Shown: positions 10,271-21,754 of the stretch, in pieces
How the letters are laid out: each line of letters begins with the position of its first letter
How positions within the stretch are numbered: the first letter of the stretch is position 1
Assembly (NCBI GenBank): GCA_963788655.1
Contig: CAWBHS010000057.1
Coordinates: 256,001 to 320,000, forward strand
DNA: 64,000 nucleotides
Direction of reading: 5' to 3'
From: an uncultured Verrucomicrobiae bacterium
Lineage (GTDB): Bacteria > Verrucomicrobiota > Verrucomicrobiia > Limisphaerales > JAFGQR01
The notes under the pieces: model-generated
What the model was told of the DNA's origin: nothing
Databases searched by the model: none
What the model saw: only the letters and a program-made list of their open reading frames with translations
Translations under genes and position numbers: made by a program

Positions 10271-10888
10271 TTAACGATAGATGTCCACCAAAAAGATCAC
10301 CGCCTCACTCTTCCCCGCGTTTACAATGGCGTGCGGCACATCGGCCCGGTAATTGGCGGAGTCTCCTGGGTCCAATTCATCGGCGTCTCCACCCGATTCC
10401 ACGCGGATGCGTCCCTTCTGCACTGTTAAAAATTCCCGCGTTCCCTCGAAGTGTGGCGAACTTCGCAACGCACCGCCTGGTTGCAATTGCACCTCGTAAA
10501 ACTCGACATCCTTTTCCAAGTTCAACGGCGACAACGTGCGAATGCGGCAATCCTTATCGGACCGGTAGTGGTAAGCCCGGTCATTGGCACGGATCACCGC
10601 CACCTTCGAGGACGCCGCCGGCATCTGGAGCAATTCGCCCAATTCCATTCCGAACGCGCGCGCAATGCGCATCGTGACCGCCAGCGTGGGATTGGCTTCC
10701 TCCCGTTCAATCTGGCTCAACATCGACCGACTCACCCCACTGGCGCTGGCCAGTGCCTCGAGCGACCAGTCCCGCTCCGTGCGCAATTGCCGGACGCGCG
10801 TGCCCAAGTGCCGGCTGATGGCATCATCCATGGCCGGCAGCCTTGACGAAGCCGGTTTCCGTTCCGGCGAAGGTGATTTTTGGCCCAT
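10271..10888 (-). CDS. XRE-HTH + cupin transcriptional regulator, divergent from tdh
   Basis: LRTERDWSLEALASASGVSRSMLSQIER..ANPT (XRE HTH); C-terminal cupin (PHFEGTRE, ADVPHAI). Confidence 0.88.
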   Translation of the reverse strand: MGQKSPSPERKPASSRLPAMDDAISRHLGTRVRQLRTERDWSLEALASASGVSRSMLSQIEREEANPTLAVTMRIARAFGMELGELLQMPAASSKVAVIRANDRAYHYRSDKDCRIRTLSPLNLEKDVEFYEVQLQPGGALRSSPHFEGTREFLTVQKGRIRVESGGDADELDPGDSANYRADVPHAIVNAGKSEAVIFLVDIYR

Positions 10889-10896
10889 AATTGATG

Positions 10897-10974
10897 TTCG
10901 ATATACTGGATATTTGTCTTGCATACCGGAATTTAGAATCTACTATAACGGACATTGGTTCCGGCATATTGGAA
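10897..10974. promoter_or_regulatory. Three imperfect palindromic boxes, candidate operators of the XRE-cupin regulator
   Basis: ttcgatatactggat (10897), tcttgcataccggaa (10917) and ttccggcatattggaa (10959) in the divergent intergenic region. Confidence 0.4.
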
Positions 10975-11104
10975 ACACCATGCCGCCGGAAGTTGGTTTT
11001 GGCAACCCCATAATGGGCCGCCGGCACATTAAATCATTCCGCACGGATTGTGATTTCAGTTCAGGCTGTCCGGACGCACAATTTGAGTTATGGCAAATCG
11101 CACC

Positions 11105-12133
11105 ATGAAAGCACTGGTCAAAAAAGAACGAAAACCCGGCCTCTGGTTGGAGGAAGTGCCGCATCCCGAAATTGGCATCAACGACGTGCTGATTCACGTG
11201 GATCGCACCGGTATCTGCGGCACCGACCTGCACATTTACAAGTGGGACGAGTGGGCCCAAAAGACCATTCCCGTACCCATGGTGGTGGGCCACGAGTTCG
11301 TCGGCGAGGTCGTCGAGGTCGGGGCCAATGTGAAGGACTTTTTCCCTGGCGAAGTTGTCAGCGCCGAGGGCCACGTGGTTTGCGGACGCTGCCGGAATTG
11401 CCTGGCCGGGCGCCGGCACCTGTGCAACGACACCAAGGGCATCGGCGTCAATCGCCCCGGCGCCTTCGCGGAATACATTTCTGTGCCCATGACCAACGTG
11501 TGGCATCACCAACCGGCGATCGACCGCGACGTGGCGTCCATCTTCGATCCGTTCGGTAATGCGGTCCACACCGCGCTCTCCTTCCCGGTCCTGGGCGAAG
11601 ACGTGTTGATCACCGGCGCCGGCCCCATCGGGGTGATGGCGGTGGCCATTGCCCGGCATGCGGGCGCGCGGTTTGTCGTGGTGACCGATCTCAACGAATA
11701 CCGGCTGGACCTCGCCAAAAAGATGGGCGCGACCGTCGCGCACAACGTCAAAAACGGCTCGCTCCGCGACGTTCAAAAGCAACTCGGGATGAAAGAAGGT
11801 TTCGACGTTGGCCTCGAAATGTCCGGCAGCCCGGCCGCCTTCCACGACATGATCGACAACATGGCGCACGGCGGCAAAATCGCGATGCTCGGCATTCCGC
11901 CCGGTGAGATGGCCATCGACTGGAACAAGGTCGTTTTCAACATGCTGACGATCAAAGGTATTTACGGCCGCGAAATGTACGAGACCTGGTACAAAATGAC
12001 GGTGATGGTCGATGGCGGCCTGGACATCCGGCCCGTCATCACCCACCGGTTCCATTACACGGAGTTTGAGCAAGGATTTCAGGTCATGCTCTCCGGCCAA
12101 TCGGGCAAGGTGATTCTCAATTGGCGGGATTGA
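11105..12133 (+). CDS. tdh: L-threonine 3-dehydrogenase
   Basis: [50 protein letters not shown]. Confidence 0.95.
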   Translation: MKALVKKERKPGLWLEEVPHPEIGINDVLIHVDRTGICGTDLHIYKWDEWAQKTIPVPMVVGHEFVGEVVEVGANVKDFFPGEVVSAEGHVVCGRCRNCLAGRRHLCNDTKGIGVNRPGAFAEYISVPMTNVWHHQPAIDRDVASIFDPFGNAVHTALSFPVLGEDVLITGAGPIGVMAVAIARHAGARFVVVTDLNEYRLDLAKKMGATVAHNVKNGSLRDVQKQLGMKEGFDVGLEMSGSPAAFHDMIDNMAHGGKIAMLGIPPGEMAIDWNKVVFNMLTIKGIYGREMYETWYKMTVMVDGGLDIRPVITHRFHYTEFEQGFQVMLSGQSGKVILNWRD

Positions 12134-12149
12134 GTGAAGCGGCCAATTT

Positions 12150-12235
12150 GTAGCAGCCGACGTAAGGAGGCTCATTATTATCGGGAGCATGGCGTTTGTT
12201 CGAGAGAGAATGAGCCTCCTTACGTCGGCTGTTAC
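12150..12235. repeat. REP-like inverted repeat pair
   Basis: gtagcagccgacgtaaggaggctcatt ... aatgagcctccttacgtcggctgttac; degenerate relative at ~18533-18597. Confidence 0.8.
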
Positions 12236-12306
12236 CATTCTTAAACGGCCTCTCTATAAATTGTCCGGGCACGAGAGAACAAATCCGCGGTTTCCAGATT
12301 GAACCA

Positions 12307-13800
12307 ATGAACACGTCAGCGCATCCTCTGCCAATGAACACAAACCTGTTTCGCCGGACCCCAGCCATCGTTGCGGCGGTGTTGGGCGCCATCCTGTTGA
12401 CCAGCCAAGCCACCCGTGGTGAGGAATACGCCGTGGTCGTGTCGCGGCAGACCCAAGCCAATCCCGCCTGGCGCCGGGTCGTGGACGTTCTTCGGGAAAA
12501 CCACCAGGGAACGGTCATCGTTTACGATGCCTCCGTGGAAGAGTCCCTGCCGGCCTTGCGCCGCCAGTTTCCACGCTATGCATGTTTCGTGGCGCAACCG
12601 CAGGAAGCCACGCGCGAATTCGTCGCCCAAGTCCACCAGCTTACGCGGAAGCTGGATGACGATCCATACACCGACGTGTTTTGGGGCATTCTCACCGGTT
12701 ACAACGCTGAGACCGCGCTGCGCATTGCTTCCTGCACGAAACGTTTGACCGTCCACAAAGTCGCCGGTGGCACTGAGGTGGCGCTGAACTCATGCGACGA
12801 GGGCGTCTGGTATTGCGAACTCAAGCAGGGACGCATGGTGCAAAAGCAGCCCGGCAAAGAACCACAGGAGTTGAAAGGCCCCGCGGACACCACCGCCGCG
12901 CTGGTCAACACCTTGAACGACTATGCGGCCGACCTGTTTGTCACTTCCGGGCACGCGACCGAACACGACTGGCAAATTGGTTATGCCTACCGCAACGGGC
13001 AGTTCCGCTGCGAGAATGGGGTGCTCTTCGGCCTCGACACGCAGAGCAAACGCTACCCCGTCCATTCGCCCAATCCGAAAGTGTATCTCCCGATTGGCAA
13101 TTGCCTGATGGGCCACATCGACAACACCAACGCCATGGCGCTGGCCTGGATGAACAGCGGCGGGGTCAACCAAATGATCGGCTACACCGTAACGACCTGG
13201 TATGGCTACGCGGGTTGGGGGTGCCTCGATTACTTCGTGGAACAACCGGGACGCTACACGTTCACGGAAGCCTTCTTCGCGAACCAGGCCGCCTTGATGC
13301 ACCGGTTGCTGACCTATTTCCCGGGCCTGGCGCAGGCTCCTAACCCGGTCAACGGCCGTTTGCCCGCCCCCGGGAAGCCTTCGGAAAAGGCCCAGCAAGC
13401 CGGATTGAATCCCAACGATGGCCGAGGCCTGCTGTATGACCGTGATGTCTTGGCCTTCTACGGTGACCCAGCTTGGGAAGCGCGCATGGATAAACACCCG
13501 TGCGCCTGGGACCAGACGTTGACGGAAAACAACGGAGTTTATACCTTCGACCTCAAACCCAACCGCGGCGAACAAACCTTCGAGCCAATCAACAAAAATG
13601 GCTCTCAACGCGGCGGGCGGCCCATCGTTCAATTCCTGCCCCAGCGTATCAAAAACATTCGCATCCTGGAAGGTGAGGACTTGGCGCCCGTAATCACCGA
13701 CAATTTCATCCTCGTCCCCAATCCCCGCACGTGTGATCCGCAGAAGCAATATCGCGTGCGGTTTACGGCCAAAACAATCAAGCCGGCGACCTCCAATTAA
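12307..13800 (+). CDS. Secreted hypothetical protein, possibly a clan CD (gingipain/C25-like) cysteine peptidase
   Basis: Signal peptide; FVTSGHA and YLPIGNCLMG (His and Cys after hydrophobic strands); late FYGDP motif. Confidence 0.5.
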   Translation: MNTSAHPLPMNTNLFRRTPAIVAAVLGAILLTSQATRGEEYAVVVSRQTQANPAWRRVVDVLRENHQGTVIVYDASVEESLPALRRQFPRYACFVAQPQEATREFVAQVHQLTRKLDDDPYTDVFWGILTGYNAETALRIASCTKRLTVHKVAGGTEVALNSCDEGVWYCELKQGRMVQKQPGKEPQELKGPADTTAALVNTLNDYAADLFVTSGHATEHDWQIGYAYRNGQFRCENGVLFGLDTQSKRYPVHSPNPKVYLPIGNCLMGHIDNTNAMALAWMNSGGVNQMIGYTVTTWYGYAGWGCLDYFVEQPGRYTFTEAFFANQAALMHRLLTYFPGLAQAPNPVNGRLPAPGKPSEKAQQAGLNPNDGRGLLYDRDVLAFYGDPAWEARMDKHPCAWDQTLTENNGVYTFDLKPNRGEQTFEPINKNGSQRGGRPIVQFLPQRIKNIRILEGEDLAPVITDNFILVPNPRTCDPQKQYRVRFTAKTIKPATSN

Positions 13801-13887
13801 GCGTCTGACCTGATGATTGACTTAAAACCAATCCAATCGACCAGCACCGGAGGCAAACCTCTGTTCAGGTCACGGCGGGCGGTTCCT

Positions 13888-14087
13888 TCCCCCTCACCCC
13901 GGCCCTCTCCCCCGGGGAGAGGGAAAACGTTCGGCGCTTGTGGGGTGAGGCGAGTGGCCTGCAACTCTCCGCGGCGGAATGGTGTGATCCACTCAGCGGT
14001 GCCGAGGGCTGATGACGCCTCGGAGTTTCGGTGGGCGCTCGCCGGCTGTTCCCTCTCCCCGAGGGAGAGGGTCAGGGTGAGGGGGAA
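13888..14087. repeat. REP-like doublet of the ccctcacccc-ggccctctcc family
   Basis: ccctcaccccggccctctcccccggggagaggg ... ccctctccccgagggagagggtcagggtgagggg; second copy at ~25618-25812. Confidence 0.75.
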
Positions 14088-14178
14088 CATGGTGTTCTAC
14101 GTTCCATCCGCGTTGAATACGTCCGGAACCGCAAAACATCTCAAATCTTCCAAAGGCTGCAGGTTTCCTTAAAAGCAG

Positions 14179-15252
14179 ATGCGTCACCGCAATCATTCGC
14201 GAGCCATCCTGACCTTCCAGCACCTCTACGTCTGGTTGTGCGGTTGCTGCCTGTATGCGGCAGTGCTGGGATCGGCAACGGTTCGGGCAGATTCGGTGGA
14301 TTTGCCTTCCGTTTCCACAGAGCAAATTTACCGGCACTGCCAGGCGGCCGGCGTGGAAATTCTTGTCGCGGGCCGGCACAGTGGCAGTGGCTGGTTTGCC
14401 GACGCAAATGGTTTGCTGGTCACCGCGGCCCACATCTTTTCGCGACGCGGTTCGCGCGTTGAAATTCTCTCGCCGCAATACGGTCGTCTCCCCGCCGAAT
14501 TGGTGGCGGTGAACCGGGGCAACGACGCGGCGATTCTGAAGGTCAGTCCGCGCCCCGAGGGATACGCCACCCTTCCGTTTGCCGCCGAGACTCCGCGCGT
14601 GGGCGAAGAAATCTTCCAGTTCGGTTCACCGCTCTTTCGCCCCGAGGTTCTTCAGGCCGGCAAAGTGGCGCGTTGCGACACCGCCTTCGAGTACGACGGG
14701 GAAGCGATTGGTTATGTGGAAATCATTCACGTGTCGGCCATGATGCAGAGTGGCACTTCAGGCGGTCCCTGGTTGAACCATCGCGGTGAAGTTGTCGGCC
14801 TCCAGTCCGGCGTCATGTCACTGGACAACAAACCCGTAGGGATCGCCTACCTGGCCCCCGCTGACCCCATTCGCAAGCTCCTGAACACCTTGCGCGATGC
14901 GGACACCCCAACCCTGGGCGTTGGCGTGGACGAGCTCTGGCAGCAACCCGCCGATTTGCTGAAGCAACTGCCCGCGGGCACGGAAGGCTTGCGGATCGCT
15001 CGCTTGCGCGAAAACGGTCCCGCCGCCCGTGCCGGCGTCCAGACCGGCGACATTATCCTTGAAGCGGACCATCACCAGTTGAGTCGCATTGGCGATTTGC
15101 TGCGTCTCATCCGCCGCCTGCAACCGGGAAATTCCATGACCTTGAAGATCCTCCGGTCGCCTGAAACCAATCAAATCGGACGGACCGTGGTATTAGGGCG
15201 GGCGGAAGACGCTTTGGGCAGTCCCGCCAAAGACGAAAAACCAGAATCCTAG
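14179..15252 (+). CDS. Trypsin-like serine protease with PDZ domain (HtrA-like)
   Basis: GSGW, TAAH (His), NDAAILK (Asp), GTSGGP (Ser); C-terminal PDZ ([14 protein letters not shown]). Confidence 0.88.
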   Translation: MRHRNHSRAILTFQHLYVWLCGCCLYAAVLGSATVRADSVDLPSVSTEQIYRHCQAAGVEILVAGRHSGSGWFADANGLLVTAAHIFSRRGSRVEILSPQYGRLPAELVAVNRGNDAAILKVSPRPEGYATLPFAAETPRVGEEIFQFGSPLFRPEVLQAGKVARCDTAFEYDGEAIGYVEIIHVSAMMQSGTSGGPWLNHRGEVVGLQSGVMSLDNKPVGIAYLAPADPIRKLLNTLRDADTPTLGVGVDELWQQPADLLKQLPAGTEGLRIARLRENGPAARAGVQTGDIILEADHHQLSRIGDLLRLIRRLQPGNSMTLKILRSPETNQIGRTVVLGRAEDALGSPAKDEKPES

Positions 15253-15265
15253 AAAGGAGCGCATC

Positions 15266-16455
15266 ATGTATGGATCATTGCAACCTCACCTGAAGCAGCA
15301 GTTGGAGCAAATTCAACAGGCCGGCACGTTCAAAAACGAGCGCGTTATCATGACGCCGCAGGGCGCCACCATCCGGGTGGCGGACGGCCAACCGGTGCTG
15401 AATTTGTGCGCCAACAATTACCTCGGCCTGGCGCAACATCCCGACGGTGACCGCCGCCGCGCATGCCGCGCTGGACCAATGGGGCTACGGTCTGGCGTCG
15501 GTGCGTTTCATCTGCGGCACCCAAGGCGTCCACAAACAACTCGAAACGAAGCTGAGCGAGTTCCTCGGCACGGACGACACCATTCTTTACAGCTCCTGTT
15601 TCGATGCCAACGGTGGATTGTTCGAAACCCTGCTTGGCCCCGAGGACGCAATCATTTCCGACGAACTCAATCACGCGAGCATCATCGACGGCGTCCGTTT
15701 GTGCAAAGCGCAGCGGTTGCGTTACCGCAACAACGACATGGCCGACCTCGAAGCCCGACTGCGCGAAGCCAGTCAGGCCCGGTTCAAAATGATCGCCACC
15801 GACGGCGTGTTTTCCATGGACGGTTACATTGCCAACCTGCCGGCGATTTGCGACCTGGCGGAGCAAGCATGGCGCCCTGGTCATGGTGGACGACTCGCAC
15901 GCCGTCGGCTTCATGGGCCAACGCGGCCGGGGCACGCCCGAGCATCACGGGGTCATGGGCCGCGTGGACATCATCACCGGGACGCTGGGCAAGGCGTTGG
16001 GCGGTGCCAGCGGCGGTTACACCAGCGGCCGCAAGGAAATCATCGACTTCCTGCGTCAACGTTCGCGGCCGTATTTGTTTTCGAACACCCTCTGCCCCAC
16101 CATTGCCGGCGCCTCGTTGAAAGTGCTGGACCTGTTGACCGAATCCACGGCCCTGCGCGATCAACTCGAGGCCAACACCAAGTTCTTCCGCGCCGAGATG
16201 ACCAGTCGCGGCTTTCAAATCCTGCCCGGCGAACACCCCATTGTGCCGGTCATGCTGGGCGACGCGGCGCTCGCAACCCGCTTCGCCGATGCCATGCTTG
16301 CCAAAGGTGTTTACGTGATTGGCTTCAGTTACCCGGTCGTTCCCAAAGACAAAGCCCGAATTCGCACGCAAATTTCCGCCGCGCATTCCCGCGAAGACCT
16401 CGAGTTGGCGCTTCGGGCTTTCAGTGAAGTTAAAAGCGAATTGGGCTTGGCGTGA
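15266..16455 (+). CDS. kbl: Glycine C-acetyltransferase (2-amino-3-ketobutyrate CoA ligase); frameshifts near 15445 and 15865
   Basis: [40 protein letters not shown] and [11 protein letters not shown] spread over three frames. Confidence 0.92.
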
Positions 16456-16473
16456 TCCCGCATCATTGATCCC

Positions 16474-17853
16474 ATGGCCATCTCCGTCCTGGACATGTTC
16501 ACCATCGGCATTGGCCCGAGCAGTTCGCACACGGTGGGGCCAATGCGGGCGGCGCGGCGGTTCGCGCAGGAAGTTGAAGCCACCGGTTCGTTGCCGCAGG
16601 TGAGCACGTTGAAACGCACCTATACGGTTCGCTGGCGTTGACCGGCAAGGGCCATGGCTCCGACCGGGCCCTGATGCTCGGTCTCGAAGGCGAAACCCCC
16701 GAGGACGTGTCATTGGAGCGCATCCCGGCCATCATCGAGCGCATCCACACCGAACACCGTCTCCAGCTTGGCGGCACGCACGAGGTCAAATTTGATGACG
16801 CCACCGATCTTCGGTTCCATCGCACGCAACGGCTCCCGTTGCATTCGAACGGAATTCGATTTTTCGCGCGCACTTCAGACGGAGGCACTCTTCTGGGCCG
16901 CACCTACTACAGCATTGGCGGCGGCTTTGTGTTGAGCGAAGCGGAGGCCAACGATCCCAACCTGCGCCGCGTTCCGGATTCTCTGCCGTTTCCCTACCAA
17001 TGCGGCGATGATCTGCTGCGAATGGCGCGCGAGTCCGGCTTGAGCGTCAGTGAGATGACCTTGCGCAATGAATCCGCCTGGCGGCCGGAAGCCGAAACCC
17101 GCGCCGCGCTGTTGCGCGTGTGGCGGGCCATGCATGAGATGCGTCGAACGCGGCTGCCGGGCTGAAGGAACATTGCCGGGACCGATGCACGTCACCCGTC
17201 GCGCGCCGCGGCTGTTTCGCGAACTGACGGAACGTCCCGAGGTCAACCTGCGCGATCCGCTGGCGGTGATTGATTGGGTCAGCATGTGGGCCATGGCGGT
17301 CAACGAAGAGAACGCCACCGGCGGACGCGTCGTCACCGCGCCGACCAACGGCGCCGCAGGCATCCTGCCGGCCGTGTTGCATTACCTGGTGCAGATTCGC
17401 GGTGCGAACGAGGACCGCATTGTGCGGTTCCTGCTGACCGCCGGGGCGATTGGGATATCTGTTCAAGCTGAACGCCTCCATTTCCGGCGCCGAAGTCGGC
17501 TGTCAGGGCGAAGTGGGTGTGGCCTGTTCCATGGCGGCGGCAGCGTTGACGGAAGCCTTGGGCGGCACCGTGCTCCAGGTTGAAAATGCCGCCGAGATCG
17601 GCATGGAACATCACCTCGGCCTGACTTGCGATCCCATCGGCGGGCTGGTGCAAATCCCGTGCATCGAGCGGAACGCCGTGGGCGCCGATGAAAGCCATCA
17701 GCGCCGCGCGCCTGGCGCTTGGCCGGCGACGGCACGCATCGCGTATCGCTCGACAAGGTCATCGCCACCATGCGGCAGACCGGTGCGGACATGCGGACCA
17801 AATACAAGGAGACTTCCCGCGGCGGTCTCGCCGTGAACGTGGTCGAATGTTGA
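16474..17853 (+). CDS. sdaA: L-serine ammonia-lyase (Fe-S type), several frameshifts
   Basis: [74 protein letters not shown]. Confidence 0.92.
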
Positions 17854-17908
17854 CCAGCAAACGCAGAGTCACCACTGGGGAACGCTGGTTCCGGTCTGCT
17901 GAAGTGAT

Positions 17909-18370
17909 TCACTCGAATTTGATCGCCAGGACCAGATCGTCCTTGTGATCAAAGAGCGGCGCGGTTTTTTCGATTTCCTTCGCCTTCAATCCAAACGCCT
18001 TGACGAATTTTTTGTTCCTGGTCACCAACACGGCGTCGGCGTCCCGATATTGGGCTTGCCGGGCACAATCGCGCTGCCGGTCTTTTTCGGGAAACAGTCC
18101 TTCGGCCAATCCCCGCCCGACAATGCCGATGCCGCTGGTGCGCGGATCGTAAATGCGACCCACGATCTTGTATTTCTTTGCGGCAGACTGAGGTAAATCG
18201 GCACCGCGAAGTCCTTGATAACCTGGGCGCCATTGCCGGTTGGCCAGGCCTCTTGCTGAACCGCCGTAGGCAATAAAGTGCGCGTCGCCAAAAGATTTGT
18301 CGTCGGCCCGGAGGGACATTGTTGTGCCGATGCCGAGCACTGCCATCATACATATCGCTAACGTTTTCAT
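17909..18370 (-). CDS. Small secreted hypothetical protein (frameshifts at ~18180-18260)
   Basis: Signal peptide MKTLAICMMAVLGIG; the middle segment reads better in an alternate frame (WPTGNGAQVIKDFAVPIYL). Confidence 0.55.
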   Translation of the reverse strand: MKTLAICMMAVLGIGTTMSLRADDKSFGDAHFIAYGGSARGLANRQWRPGYQGLRGADLPQSAAKKYKIVGRIYDPRTSGIGIVGRGLAEGLFPEKDRQRDCARQAQYRDADAVLVTRNKKFVKAFGLKAKEIEKTAPLFDHKDDLVLAIKFE

Positions 18371-18706
18371 AAAACACACCTGATTTACCGTAGCCGAGGT
18401 CCGCTTGGAATCAAGGGGCACTTTGGCAAGCAAGGCCAGCGGACTTGATGGCCGGGCGATGGATTCTGAGTCCGAGGCTCTTGATTCGCAGTCAAGCCAG
18501 CCCGGCGATTTGGCGCCTTCCCCGCCTTCTCGCAGCAGCCGACTTCAGGAGGCTCAAATTTCCTCGAAAGACACAACTGCTGGCGAAAAATGAGCCTGCC
18601 AAGGAACGATAGGGACGCATTCCATGGCGTCCCCAGATTTATTCGAACAGACTCAGGGACGCGGTGGAAGCGCCATACCAGCCGTTCCATGGTCCGATCC
18701 AGCGAC

Positions 18707-21198
18707 TTATGGAAGGTAATGGACCGTGGCCGACCTAGTGCCGCGCGGAAGTTGCCACGTCCCGGCCGGAAACCGCAACGGCCTGCCCAGTCGGCCTCAA
18801 CGGCCTGCACTCCGCTGCCGAAGCGGCAGGGATAAATGAGTCGCACATTGGCCGGTGGCGGCTGGGTGATCTTGATCTGAACTTGATGGGCGTTCAATCG
18901 ATGAGTTAATCGGTAGCCGAAGGTTTGCCCGAACACCGTCGGCGCATTTTCCACGCCGGCGGTTTCTCCATCCTTCAGCCAATGCGGCATCACTCCCGGG
19001 GCGAGGTAGATTTGCGCGTCGCCATCTTCATCGGCCTCGAAGAAAAGGATGTCGCGCAGCAAGGTCATGAACTCCGCGCACGCCCAGCCATGGGGAATGT
19101 CGCCCATGTACCAAAACCGATTGGGCAGTTCCGCGAAGTCTTTGGCAATCGGGTAACAATGTTGTTCGTTCCAGGCGCCAAGCACCACTTGCCAGGGAGA
19201 GGGCGAGTTGATCCGACTGACGGTCGAGTAAGCGGCGTTGCCCACAAGCCATTGCAGGCATTGGTCCATCCGAGCCGGGTCGCCGATGAGCAAAAAGGCG
19301 TGGGCCAATTGCAGGGTCAAATAGGGTCCGTAGCAATTCCAGGCGCTGTCGTGACGAAAGCCGCCGTCCATGAAGTGGGCCCAAATCGTTTCGAGCGTCA
19401 TGCGCGCGGCAAGATCAATGTCCGCTCCCAACTTGGCGCCGTCGTAAAGCCGACAGGGATGAAAATAGCAGAGCACGCCAATGATTGTGGAATCGAGGCG
19501 TCCCACGTCGCCGGGACCGGTGGGAATGAACGTTTCCCAATAACCGCGCTGCCGTTGTTGATCCAGCACCCAACGAATGGAATTGGCCGTCGCGTCGCGC
19601 AGCGAATCGTAAGCGTGCCAGAGTTCGTCAGCTTCGCCTGCACCCAGTCGTTGCGCCAGTCGCGCGGCTTCCCAGAGGCCGGCAATGCTCCACAAGTCAT
19701 CCCAAAAATGGGGCTGGCCTTTGTCCCCGATATGCTCGGCGCTCCAGCCGCTGGGGAGCAGGCCGAACGGTGTGCGATTGTCGCGAATCCAGCGCGCACC
19801 GTCGAGGATGTACGGAGTGAACAAGCCGCGCCCGAAATTCGCTGCGCTCCCGAGAAGGCGGTCCATGCGGCCAAAGGCCCACAGCGCCTCGCCGTTGCTG
19901 TCCCACTCGCGATCGTTCTTCTCGTGCGTGCCGCCAAAGAAACCGTGCAGCGAAACCCCGTCGTTTTGCTCGTAGCCAAAGTTGAACACCGAGGGATGCC
20001 AGTAGCCGAGTTGGCGCTGGGCAAGATTGGCATCGCCGACCAGCGCGGCGGCGATGGCTTCGACCGACGAATCACGAATCCAGAATTCATCGTAGATGGT
20101 CGGCCCCGGATGAATCTGGCCGTCGTCGGCGAGGATGAGCAAGTTGGCGCGGCACGTGCGGAACAAATTCCACAAGGGCGTGACCAGCGGTGGGAGCGTC
20201 GCTTGCAATCCGGTCGTATCGAGCTTTTGCGTCCACCAGTTGCGGTTGGCCGTATCGAGCGCACCGGCATCGGCGGCGCGGAGTGTGACGAGGTCGTTGG
20301 CGCCGCGAAAATCGTCCACGGGCAATCGCACATCGAGTGCGAAGTTGGGCTGCGCGGGCGACAAATTCACCGGCCAGACGAACGCACCCCGGCAGATGCC
20401 GGCGATATTGTCCACCGCGACCTGGAACCCATTGAGCGCCCCATGGGTGGCCAGATGGTTGAACGGACTTTGCTCCAGGTAAAAATCCGGATCGTAAGAA
20501 TTGCCATTGCCATAGGTGCCGAAAGAAGCCGGCGCCCGGTCAAACAACGGACCGTGGCTGGAGTTGATCACGAGCCTTTGTTCCGCCGGAAGATACTGCA
20601 TGAACGTCAACCGCCGATCGGCCGTGTAGCGGCCGGCGCGGTCGTGGCGTTTAAAGCCAGTCGGGCCTTCGGGTGAAACAACCAGTCCAAACCAGAGCGA
20701 AGCCGGCGCCGCTTGCGTGAGCCTGAGTTGGTACCGGGCCAACACCGCGCTCTTTTGGTCGGGACCAACCGTCGTGGCGAACGCTTTGGCTTGCACTTCG
20801 CAGCCCCAACGCGCGGGCCAGGTGGTGACCACGGTGGGCAGATAACCATTCTCCAGGTGTTGTTGCAGCGGCGTGAATTGGGGGAAGTCAAACTGGCGTG
20901 TGGCCGGATCGAAGAGAAAGAAGCTCAGCGCGTACTCATCATAAACCGGCTCGATTTCGCCCGCCTGGCCCACCAGGCATTCCTGCGGCGCGTCCTTGAC
21001 GCCGATCATGTTCCAGTAGCGGTAATTGGCATTGGACGCGAAGGCGCCTTCTTTCGTGTCGAACAGTCCGGCGTCGAACACATCCGTCCAGCGTCGGAAG
21101 TATTGCTGCACCCACCAGGGCAACGGCGCCGGCCGACCTCGTCCCTGAATGCGCCACATCACTTCGTAGAACAACCACTCGTGCGTTTGCGGTTGCAT
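18707..21198 (-). CDS. Six-hairpin (alpha/alpha)6 glycosidase-like protein
   Basis: GPTIYDEFWIRD, EWDSNGE, HFWDDLW, GDIPHGW motifs; probable true stop at 18707 after 3' frameshifts. Confidence 0.6.
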
Positions 21199-21754
21199 AA
21201 ACAGATTCCTTTCTTTTCGGGTTCAACCCTTTTCCGACGATTTCGCAGCGGTTACTTGCGGAATCTAACCGGTGGCAAGCGGCTTGCAACCTAAATGGAG
21301 AAGAAGGAATCACGGTCTTTGCAGTGTGAAAAACGACCCATCCCTGCGTTCACGTATCACTCGACCGCATCGCAGAACGGTAAACTGCATGATGCGGCTT
21401 CCATCCCCGGCAGCCTGGACATGGCGAACGGTTTGCCGAAGGCACTTCGGCGATACAGCAGGTTGATAATCTGCGCTACGGAAAAGTGTAGCCGAACCTG
21501 CCGTCTCATCAGTACGTGTTGAGGGGGGTGAACGTTCGAACACTCCGTTCCGGCAAGCTGCCGGCAGCACGTTGCGTCTGCCACCGGGAACTGGGTTGGG
21601 GCCCCCACGTTGCCGGCCCGGCAAAACCCCAGCGGATTTCGGGAACCGGACTTCGGTCGGACGTTGGATTTCGGATTTCTCACTTCGGATTTTACTGCCA
21701 CATTTGCCCTTTTCTTTCGCCCTTGGCTCCCTGATGATCACCGCGCTTTTCGCT

